32,000 nucleotides of DNA from Desulfocapsa sulfexigens DSM 10523 (lineage in GTDB: Bacteria > Desulfobacterota > Desulfobulbia > Desulfobulbales > Desulfocapsaceae), in assembly GCF_000341395.1 (NCBI RefSeq), contig NC_020304.1, positions 420,001-452,000 of the forward strand, written 5' to 3'. The notes beneath the pieces were generated by a model. That model saw only the letters and a program-made list of their open reading frames with translations, was not told the DNA's origin and made no database searches. The position numbers and the translations under genes are program-made. Shown here one piece after another: positions 9,623 to 17,040 of this stretch (the stretch's first letter is position 1; every line of letters starts with the position of its first letter).

Positions 9623-10132
9623 ATGACGAAATCACTATTCTTACCACTCTTGTTTTGTTGTTCTCTTTTACTCCTTGTGGCCTGTGGAGCCCCTCCGGAA
9701 GTGGCGGTGGTTGGAAAACCTGCTCCGGATTTCAGCCTTGTCGACAGGCAGGGAAAAACCTGGACGCTTTCCGAATTAAAGGGCCAGGTGGTCTTTGTCA
9801 ATTTCTGGGCCACCTGGTGTGCTCCTTGTCGCGAAGAGATGCCCGCAATGCAGGAACTGCATGAAGAACTGCCTAAGGACAGATTTAAGATGCTGGCCAT
9901 ACTGAATAAAGATGAACCAGCCCTGGCTGACAGCTTCGCGGCAAAGCTTGGACTCAGCATGCCAATCCTCGATGATCAGGCGAATACGGTTGGCGTAAAA
10001 TATGGCCTCACCGGCGTACCCGAGACTTTTATTATCAATAAAGAAGGCATCGTTGTGAGAAAGTTCATCGGCCCCGCCCAATGGAATTCTCCCAGATACA
10101 TTCAGATGCTGAAGCAATTTATGGATCAATAA
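9623..10132 (+). CDS. TlpA/ResA-family thioredoxin-fold thiol:disulfide oxidoreductase, lipoprotein
   Basis: Lipoprotein signal MTKSLFLPLLFCCSLLLLVAC. Active site WCAPC (Cys codons 9818-9829). Blocks GKPAPDF, VFVNFWATWC and GVPETFIINKEG. I prefer the ATG at 9623 over the GTG at 9599. Confidence 0.85.
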   Translation: MTKSLFLPLLFCCSLLLLVACGAPPEVAVVGKPAPDFSLVDRQGKTWTLSELKGQVVFVNFWATWCAPCREEMPAMQELHEELPKDRFKMLAILNKDEPALADSFAAKLGLSMPILDDQANTVGVKYGLTGVPETFIINKEGIVVRKFIGPAQWNSPRYIQMLKQFMDQ

Positions 10133-10296
10133 TGAAAAAGAAAAACCAATCTCCACCAGTGAAAATCCGCAAAGCTCCATTTATAACAATCTTTGTTTTT
10201 CTAGTTCTTGGGGCCGTGGGGATCAGCCTGGGCGAGCCGTCACGAGTTCTTGAGCAGGCAACCCGAATATGCCTCTCCTGCATAGGAATAGGCTGA
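10132..10296 (+). CDS. 54-aa membrane peptide with a C-terminal CXXC motif
   Basis: MKKKNQSPPVKIRKAPFITIFVFLVLGAVGISLGEPSRVLEQATRICLSCIGIG: basic N-terminus, one TM helix, CLSC at 10270-10281. The ATG overlaps the tlpA-like stop (TAATG, 10130-10134). The stop overlaps the next ATG (TGATG, 10294-10298). From memory, it resembles the short peptides labelled CD1871A-family CXXC proteins. Confidence 0.6.
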   Translation: MKKKNQSPPVKIRKAPFITIFVFLVLGAVGISLGEPSRVLEQATRICLSCIGIG

Positions 10297-11213
10297 TGGA
10301 ATTCGTTCGCAAATGGGTTCAGGCCCTATTTTTCCTGATCACGAACGGCTACTGGAATTTTCCCGTCACCAAAGGAATATACCAGGGGCCCCTCAAAGTA
10401 ATCTGTTCGCCCGGACTGAACTGTTATTCCTGTCCTGCCGCCACAAGTTACTGTCCCCTTGGCGCACTGCAACAACTCATGGGCGGAATCCGCCTGGCTC
10501 TCGAAAATGGCCAGATGTATGTCGGCTTTTATGTAATAGGAGCCATGGGCGCAATTGGCAGCTTTGTCGGCCGGATGGTTTGCGGCTGGGCCTGTCCATT
10601 TGGCCTTTTCCAGGAACTTCTCCATAAAATTCCTTCCCCAAAATTCGGCATCTGGCGACCGTTGCGCTTTATAAAATACGCCCTGTTACTTTTTATGATT
10701 GTGCTGCTGCCCCTCTTTGCAGTCGATGCCTTTGGGTTTGGCCAGACCTGGTTCTGCAAGTATGTCTGCCCAGCAGGTACTCTGGAAGCCGGCTTGCCAA
10801 TGCTTATACTCCAGCCGGATCTTCGAGCGAGCCTGGGCATGCTTTTCCTGAACAAACTTGTTATCCTTATCTTTTTCGTTTCCTGGTCAATTGTAGCTAG
10901 TCGACCTTTCTGTCGAACGGCCTGTCCCCTTGGTGCTTTTTACGCCCTGTTCAGCAAAACAAAACTGGTCAAGCTACGCCTTGACACTGACCGTTGTACC
11001 AACTGCGAGGCCTGCCACCCTGTTTGTCCCATGGGGGTGCATTTCAATGAGTCACCGGACGATATGGAATGTATCTCCTGCCTTGCCTGCAGCAAGGCCT
11101 GTAAGTTTAATGCAATTTCTCTTGAAATTGGGGGTATCCCTCTCAGTAACCAGGCACCTTACCGACCCCAAAAAGGCTCAACTGGAACAATAGCAACTCG
11201 GATCGAAGGATAA
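10296..11213 (+). CDS. Integral-membrane polyferredoxin (NapH/MauN/FixG-like 4Fe-4S binding protein)
   Basis: Several TM helices. Repeated membrane-proximal Cys-Pro motifs (CYSCPAATSYCPLG, WACPFG, CKYVCPAG, CRTACPLG). C-terminal 2x[4Fe-4S] ferredoxin motifs CTNCEACHPVCP and CISCLACSKAC. I prefer the ATG at 10296 (MEFVRKWVQALFF) over the one at 10269. Confidence 0.8.
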   Translation: MEFVRKWVQALFFLITNGYWNFPVTKGIYQGPLKVICSPGLNCYSCPAATSYCPLGALQQLMGGIRLALENGQMYVGFYVIGAMGAIGSFVGRMVCGWACPFGLFQELLHKIPSPKFGIWRPLRFIKYALLLFMIVLLPLFAVDAFGFGQTWFCKYVCPAGTLEAGLPMLILQPDLRASLGMLFLNKLVILIFFVSWSIVASRPFCRTACPLGAFYALFSKTKLVKLRLDTDRCTNCEACHPVCPMGVHFNESPDDMECISCLACSKACKFNAISLEIGGIPLSNQAPYRPQKGSTGTIATRIEG

Positions 11214-11366
11214 AATGCACCCTGTCAGGATGTCAGTCTTCTGTTTTTTATAAAAGCAAAAAATAGATCTCAACAAAAGTCAAGAATATGACGAAGAGTT
11301 ACTAGAGAGATCGTATAGATGTTTATTGGCCGCGACAAAAGACATGGTTACGGCTAATTAAAAATC

Positions 11367-11382
11367 TGGCTCGGAAATTGCT
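11367..11382 (+). promoter_or_regulatory. Candidate sigma54 (-24/-12) promoter
   Basis: TGGCTC-ggaaa-TTGCT matches the consensus TGGCAC-N5-TTGCW at 10 of 11 positions, with the invariant GG (11368-11369) and GC (11380-11381). It lies ~25 nt upstream of the ATG at 11407 and just upstream of SD AGGAGG (11395-11400). Confidence 0.35.
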
Positions 11383-11406
11383 TAAGGGAGAATCAGGAGG
11401 ATTATC

Positions 11407-12177
11407 ATGCTTGAATACCAGGTACAAAAAGGCGACACCATAACAGAGGTTACCCGGCGACTGAACACAAACTGGGAAACACTGCGCAAAAACAATCCAG
11501 ATGCAATCGGTCGTTCGACAAAAAACGGAAACTGGTTTTTAAAAGAGGGCTCCATCATAGGGTCGGAAAACTCTTTTGCAAAATCATTACAATATGCCGA
11601 GCAGCAACAAAGGCAGGAAATCGCTGCAGCTAATCCGATTTCCATTCCCAGAGCCAACAGTAAAATTGTATTTCCGATTCCACAACCTCCTCCCAGCACC
11701 CCTCTCCAAGAGGTGGAAAAACAGGGGCGAATAGTTGAACATACCATTCAGGAAGGCGAAACTCTCTGGGGACTTGCAGTGAAAAAATACCATGTCCACG
11801 TCAAGGATATCATGGCAGACAATGGCATAAGTGACCCGACAACATTGCAGATAGGCCAGACTATCAAAATTCGCCTCCCTGAAAGCAGTGGCGAAGAACC
11901 GGTTGTTGCCAGCTGGTACGGCCAGGATTTTCACGGTAAGCCAATGGCCAACGGGGATATCTACGATATGCACGCCGCCACAATCGCCCACAAGGAAATG
12001 CCCCTAGGAACCAGGGTGGAGTTAAAAAACACTGAAACCGGCGAAAAAGTTCGGGCGGTGGTTACAGACCGTGGCCCGTACATTGACGGCAGGGATGTGG
12101 ATCTTTCCTATGGTCTTGCCAAGAAACTCTCGCTTGTGGAACAGGGCGTGGGCAGTCTGGTGATGCGGGTCCTGTGA
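11407..12177 (+). CDS. rlpA: LysM-LysM-RlpA (double-psi beta-barrel) peptidoglycan-binding or lytic transglycosylase-like protein
   Basis: Two LysM blocks (YQVQKGDTITEVTRRL...; HTIQEGETLWGLAVKKY...LQIGQTIKI). RlpA DPBB block ASWYGQDFHGKPMANGDIYDMHAATIAHKEMPLGTRVELKN...VVTDRGPY. Strong SD. An in-frame TAA at 11383-11385 rules out an N-terminal extension. Confidence 0.85.
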   Translation: MLEYQVQKGDTITEVTRRLNTNWETLRKNNPDAIGRSTKNGNWFLKEGSIIGSENSFAKSLQYAEQQQRQEIAAANPISIPRANSKIVFPIPQPPPSTPLQEVEKQGRIVEHTIQEGETLWGLAVKKYHVHVKDIMADNGISDPTTLQIGQTIKIRLPESSGEEPVVASWYGQDFHGKPMANGDIYDMHAATIAHKEMPLGTRVELKNTETGEKVRAVVTDRGPYIDGRDVDLSYGLAKKLSLVEQGVGSLVMRVL

Positions 12178-12195
12178 TCATAAAACAGGGTTTCT

Positions 12196-13284
12196 TTAGG
12201 ACTCGCCGTATTCCTGCTCATCAATGTACTGCACACCTTCCATAATAAGGCCCATGAAACCGCCGAAGGGTGGTTGGTTTTCCAATTCCATGGGAAGCCC
12301 CTTGGTGTAGGAAAAGTGGCCATCTTTCTTTGCCAGCAGTGAGAAAAGAGCTTCCTTATCCTTGAGACCACGGTATCGGATCTGGATCAGTTCGCCTTCA
12401 TTAAAAAAGACTGTGGCTTTGGCATCATCAAAAAGCAATTCTATGCGCCCCGTCTTCTGGCTGGTATTCATCAGCTGCAGGAGTTCCACGATACTTATCT
12501 CATCAAGTTCTCCAGACATTCCTGAAGTGATATTACCGGAACGCAGAGCCATGGCCTGGGCACGATCCACGAGCATTTTCAGGAGAAACAACTGCAATAC
12601 CGGATATTTTTTCAACACATGTTTGAAATTTTTAATACTTAAAAGCGCTGCCTCCGTTTCACGGAGGGAATGGATAGAGCAGGAAACCGGTTCACCGGAC
12701 AAGAGACTCATTTCACCAAATATTTCTCCCCTTCCCATTTCTGCCAGTCGCAAACCATCATCTCCGATAACACCAACCTTTCCGGAAAGTAAGATAAAAA
12801 GATGGGCACCGGGTTCTCCTTTCTTCAATACGATTTTATCTTTAGGGTAGGCCTTGAGTTCCAGAAGTTCAGCAAGATCGTAGAGGGCACCATCGTCCAG
12901 AGATTCAAAGAGCTGGAAGTCACGCAGCTTACTGTAGAATCTGTCGAGATGTTTCTTTCGTCTCAGCTCCTCCGCCTCGGAAAGAAGCTTCATCTGCAGG
13001 GTGGAAAACCCTTTGGCCTTCTTATATTCAAACTGGAGCATCCCCTGGCAGCCGCCACAGGAAAATTTGGCCCTTTTCGCACCCAGTTGGGAAAACTGTT
13101 GAAAACTCTCTTTCTTAGCAGTTATCTCAATGAGTTTTTCAACAAGAATCATACAGACCGGTTTTGCTTCCGGCAGGACGGCGCAGAGTTCCTCCACCTT
13201 CAGTTCTTCACCAGCATTATAATGCGGACAGGATCGCTCTTCAGTAACAACGAAAATGGCATCACGGAATTTTTTTTGCTGCAC
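12196..13284 (-). CDS. Cyclic-nucleotide-binding protein with a Cys-containing N-terminal domain and a DUF4388/PatA-N-like C-terminal domain
   Basis: cNMP-binding block GEPGAHLFILLSGKV...GEIFGEMSLLSGEPVSCSI. C-terminal block GELDEISIVELLQLMNTSQKTGRIEL...ATVFFNEGELI resembles DUF4388. The N-terminal ~95 aa carry Cys19, Cys34, Cys44 and CGGC. GTG start at 13284, with SD AGGAGG (13289-13294) 4 nt upstream. Confidence 0.8.
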   Translation of the reverse strand: MQQKKFRDAIFVVTEERSCPHYNAGEELKVEELCAVLPEAKPVCMILVEKLIEITAKKESFQQFSQLGAKRAKFSCGGCQGMLQFEYKKAKGFSTLQMKLLSEAEELRRKKHLDRFYSKLRDFQLFESLDDGALYDLAELLELKAYPKDKIVLKKGEPGAHLFILLSGKVGVIGDDGLRLAEMGRGEIFGEMSLLSGEPVSCSIHSLRETEAALLSIKNFKHVLKKYPVLQLFLLKMLVDRAQAMALRSGNITSGMSGELDEISIVELLQLMNTSQKTGRIELLFDDAKATVFFNEGELIQIRYRGLKDKEALFSLLAKKDGHFSYTKGLPMELENQPPFGGFMGLIMEGVQYIDEQEYGES

Positions 13285-13308
13285 GGTGCCTCCTGGCTAT
13301 TTAAAAGA

Positions 13309-15090
13309 TTATTGCTTCTTTTCCAATCGGGAACACTTTGTATCTTTCGTGTACACCCTCCACATGGGATCCTCATAGCGATCATGGCAGCTTACGCATT
13401 GTCCCACTAAAAGAATACTCCGCAATTCTTCTTTATTAAAGGGACGTAATTCAGGTCTCGAACCATGCTGCAGTGCTTTCCCTTCTATATTCACAAAGGC
13501 ATCAAAGGGAACAGTTTGTCCTTCAAGAGTATCCACGCCCTGATCGAGTGGTGTAAATGACCAGATACCGTTTGTATCAATGGAGACAGTCCCTTCACCA
13601 AGGCCAACGGTCTTCGTTGACTGGTGACAGTCGGCACAGCTTCTTCCTTTGGCCTGTGTGGTATGAGGATTGATGGCTGCCATGGTAAAGCGATTAAAAC
13701 CGCCCTCAACATTGCCATCCTTATCAATAAGAGTCACAACATCCTGGCAGCCGGGCGTCACAATAACCACCTCATCATTCCAGACTGCAAGCATTGGTTT
13801 TTCATAACGAATATAGGATCGCCCCTCTTCCCACATTCCCGGAGTCTCTTCAAGAGTCAGTTTATCCAGATGTTTCTCTGTTTCATCCCGCTTGGCATGG
13901 CAGCCATAACACTGCGGCACCCAGGTTGAATGGCAGGCCTCACAGGTTATCCGCTTGTGACCGCTGAAATCACAAACCCCTTTTTTGGGTCCGACCAGAG
14001 GATAGACCTTGTCGTTGACCCGGCCGGTCATCTGATATTTTTCTTCTTTTTTGAAAATATTTCCCACAGGATCACCTTTTCTGGTGATTCCGGGCTTGTC
14101 AGAATGGCACATTTCACAGGAAATTTCGAGCTGGTCTTCGTAATGTGCGTAACTGGTACCATCCCCCATGATCTCATTACGGGTATGACAATCTATGCAG
14201 GCCATCTCCTTCTGGTGGTGAATATCTTCTGCAATTTCCAGATAAAAGCGCTGCCCTGGAAGTTGCTTCGAACTCATTCCACCATGCTCATAGGGGGTTC
14301 CATAGCCCTCGGATTCAAAGATCCCTGTGTAGGAAATTCCAATGCGTCCTGATCGATTGTGACAGCGAATACAATTTTCTTCAGCCACTTTTTTTATGAT
14401 AAGTGGATGTGCTTTCTTTTTTTCAGTCTTTGTTGCATCACCAAAACCAGCTACTCCCTTCAGTTCCTCTCCTTCGGGCAGCAGATAATGACAGGCAGAA
14501 CAGCCGCCGCCCTTTTCATTGAAGAAATCAGGCGCTCCCGGCAGGTCATTTTTCTGTTTCCAAAGGTGACAGGTGGCACAAAGCTTCCTGAAATAATCGA
14601 GTGCCAGAGAAGTTTCGCCACTGTTTATCAATTGTTCCACGGTAAGATCAGTATCCTGGGAATCGCTTTCCCCCCAGTAGAAGAGGAGGGTTCCGATAAT
14701 GCCGCGATTGGTGGCCATAAGTGAATTCATCACCTTTTTGACATCCGTTGGATGACAGCCCTCAACCCCGCATGTTTTCTCCACAACTCTTAGATCACCA
14801 GGATTCATGACCATGCCCTTATGAGCCTGCTCCTTATCAATAGCCAGAGCATCGCCAAGATGGCAGGAGGCACAGCCAATCACCCGTGGATCATGTGCAG
14901 GATCAAGCTTTTCTTCCCTATGGCAGGAGAGACACATATCGACGCGACCGCTGGTGGTAATATGTACCTGATCCGGTCTCTCTGTCAATACTTCACGAAC
15001 GACAAGCACCCCCACAACAATAAGGAGAAGAAGCCAAAACAGCTGCTTCCTAAACGACCAGTTTGTGTCTAATGTATTTGTTTTACTCAT
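13309..15090 (-). CDS. Membrane-anchored multihaem cytochrome c (11 CXXCH plus 1 CX4CH)
   Basis: N-terminal signal-anchor LFWLLLLIVVGVLVV. Haem motifs in order: CLSCH, CASCH, CGVEGCH, CATCH, CSACH, CIRCH, CIDCH, CEMCH, CEACH, CYGCH, CADCH, CVSCH. The ATG lies 3 nt downstream of the nadE stop. Confidence 0.9.
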   Translation of the reverse strand: MSKTNTLDTNWSFRKQLFWLLLLIVVGVLVVREVLTERPDQVHITTSGRVDMCLSCHREEKLDPAHDPRVIGCASCHLGDALAIDKEQAHKGMVMNPGDLRVVEKTCGVEGCHPTDVKKVMNSLMATNRGIIGTLLFYWGESDSQDTDLTVEQLINSGETSLALDYFRKLCATCHLWKQKNDLPGAPDFFNEKGGGCSACHYLLPEGEELKGVAGFGDATKTEKKKAHPLIIKKVAEENCIRCHNRSGRIGISYTGIFESEGYGTPYEHGGMSSKQLPGQRFYLEIAEDIHHQKEMACIDCHTRNEIMGDGTSYAHYEDQLEISCEMCHSDKPGITRKGDPVGNIFKKEEKYQMTGRVNDKVYPLVGPKKGVCDFSGHKRITCEACHSTWVPQCYGCHAKRDETEKHLDKLTLEETPGMWEEGRSYIRYEKPMLAVWNDEVVIVTPGCQDVVTLIDKDGNVEGGFNRFTMAAINPHTTQAKGRSCADCHQSTKTVGLGEGTVSIDTNGIWSFTPLDQGVDTLEGQTVPFDAFVNIEGKALQHGSRPELRPFNKEELRSILLVGQCVSCHDRYEDPMWRVYTKDTKCSRLEKKQ

Positions 15091-15093
15091 TCG

Positions 15094-16740
15094 TTAGCCT
15101 TGGAAATTCTGCACATTTGGAAACCTGCGTCCATAGCCAAAAGCCTTACTGGTAACCTTCAGACCCAAGGGAGCCTGTTTACGCTTATACTCATTCAACC
15201 GTACCCGACGCAGCACATCGACAACCATATCCTTTTCAAAGCCATGAGCAACTATCTCTTCCACTCCAAGATGCTCTTCGAGGTGCAACTCCAGAATCCG
15301 GTCAAGGATTGCATAATCGGGGAGATCATCCTGATCACACTGGTCGGGCTTCAACTCTGCCGTGGGGGCCTTAGTCATGGTACGAAGGGGAATAACCTCT
15401 TTATCTCTGTTGACGTACCGGGACAACTCGTACACCAGCAGCTTGGGAACATCTGAAATGACAGCCAGCCCGCCGTTCATGTCACCATATAATGTACAGT
15501 AGCCAACGGCCATCTCACTTTTATTCCCGGTGGACAGAAGCAGGTAGCCAAATTTATTGGACAACGCCATGAGCAGGTTCCCGCGAATACGGGCCTGCAG
15601 GTTCTGCTCGGTAAGGTCAGAAGGAGCCACAGGGGTGTCACCAAACAGAGGGCACAGACTTTCCTTAAAGGAATTAAAGAGATTGCTGATGGGAATCACT
15701 TCAAATCTGCAGCCCAGATTTTCTGCCAACTCCTTCGCATCCTCCATGGAATCATCGGAACTGTATGGTGACGGCAGAGCCACACCTAGGACATTCTCGG
15801 GCCCAAGTGCCCTGACGGCAATAGCTGCTGTTAACGCAGAATCAATCCCTCCTGAGAGTCCAAGAACCACGGAACGAAAGCCACACTTTCTGACATAATC
15901 ACGAACCCCCATCACCAGCGCGTCATGTACTGCTGCCAGACTGTTTTCTTCCGCCTTTTCATGCAAATCTCCGCTCCAGCTGCTACTCTCAATAATAAGC
16001 ATGTCCTCCACAAAACCACGGGCCTTTGCCTTGATAATTCCGTCCCCATCCATTAACATGCTGCGTCCGTCAAAAAGCAGCGAATCCTGCCCCCCCACCT
16101 GGTTTACATAGAGCAGAGGAACCTTATGACGGGTACAAACCGTCCTGAAAAGGCGATGGCGAACGGACTCCTTGCCCCGCTGAAAAGGGGATGCTGACAT
16201 ATTAATAAGACAATCCACTCTATTACCACTATTGAAAAACGTTTCCACGGGATCAGTATTGTATTCGTCAATTTCAGAATGCCAGATATCTTCACAGATG
16301 GTAACGCCAAAACGCAGACCGCCACACTCGATAACGCCGGGAACATTCCCTGCCTCAAACCAGCGTTTTTCATCAAAAACATCATAGGTGGGCAAAAGTT
16401 GCTTCTGTATCCGCTGCACCACGGAAGATTTACGGATAAGAAAACCGCTATTATACAGTTTCTTTCCATATCCTTTTCCGACCCGTTTTTCTATACAGCC
16501 AAGAAGGACATCGATCTCCGGAAGGGCAGAGCACAGGTGCTCAAGAGCCTGATCATGAGCCGCAAGATAGGCCGGTCGTTCCAATAAATCGTAAGGCGGA
16601 TAGCCCGACAGAGATAATTCCGGAAAGATGATAAGCTCGCATCCACTCTCCTGTGCCTCATGACAGGCATCAAGAATTTTCCGGCTGTTCCGGGAAAAAT
16701 CACCAATCACCGGATTTATTTGTACCAGGGCTATTTTCAT
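15094..16740 (-). CDS. nadE: Glutamine-dependent NAD+ synthetase (CN-hydrolase domain plus NAD synthase domain)
   Basis: N-terminal nitrilase-type domain starting MKIALVQINP. ATP-PPase P-loop GLSGGIDS. C-terminal NadE blocks. I prefer the ATG at 16740, because the 22-aa extension to 16806 in the ORF track is not family-like. Confidence 0.92.
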   Translation of the reverse strand: MKIALVQINPVIGDFSRNSRKILDACHEAQESGCELIIFPELSLSGYPPYDLLERPAYLAAHDQALEHLCSALPEIDVLLGCIEKRVGKGYGKKLYNSGFLIRKSSVVQRIQKQLLPTYDVFDEKRWFEAGNVPGVIECGGLRFGVTICEDIWHSEIDEYNTDPVETFFNSGNRVDCLINMSASPFQRGKESVRHRLFRTVCTRHKVPLLYVNQVGGQDSLLFDGRSMLMDGDGIIKAKARGFVEDMLIIESSSWSGDLHEKAEENSLAAVHDALVMGVRDYVRKCGFRSVVLGLSGGIDSALTAAIAVRALGPENVLGVALPSPYSSDDSMEDAKELAENLGCRFEVIPISNLFNSFKESLCPLFGDTPVAPSDLTEQNLQARIRGNLLMALSNKFGYLLLSTGNKSEMAVGYCTLYGDMNGGLAVISDVPKLLVYELSRYVNRDKEVIPLRTMTKAPTAELKPDQCDQDDLPDYAILDRILELHLEEHLGVEEIVAHGFEKDMVVDVLRRVRLNEYKRKQAPLGLKVTSKAFGYGRRFPNVQNFQG

Positions 16741-17040
16741 ATATTCTTCAAAACAAAAAGTTACGGAAAACTCACAAACTATACGCTCTCTTACCACATT
16801 CATCATTTATGGCCAAGCACTGACACTTCCAATTCAGCTACGGCATACTAGTATATACTTTTCTCAGATGGGAACAGCAAAAACATGAATTTCCTTGAAT
16901 CACCCGAAATAACTGAACAATCACAAGACTATCATCGGAGTTACATTTATCATATCAACAAGTTAAAGCTGATTTTCATTTCATTTTCCATGGGAATTTG
17001 CTAACATTTTATTTTCAGGGGTTTTCTTCATAAACCAAAC

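Noticed and set aside
16741-16806. N-terminal extensions offered by the ORF track for nadE. Similar extensions are offered at 5469-5486, 5708-5746, 9599-9622, 10269-10295 and 25384-25470.
   Set aside because: In each case, an internal start gives the family-typical N-terminus or signal peptide. The extension adds non-conserved-looking residues or overlaps the upstream gene.
16885-17004. 39-codon ORF (MNFLESPEITEQ...) in the intergenic region upstream of the GGDEF-PilZ gene
   Set aside because: There is no SD, the region is AT-rich enough that such ORFs arise by chance, and nothing is recognisable in the peptide.
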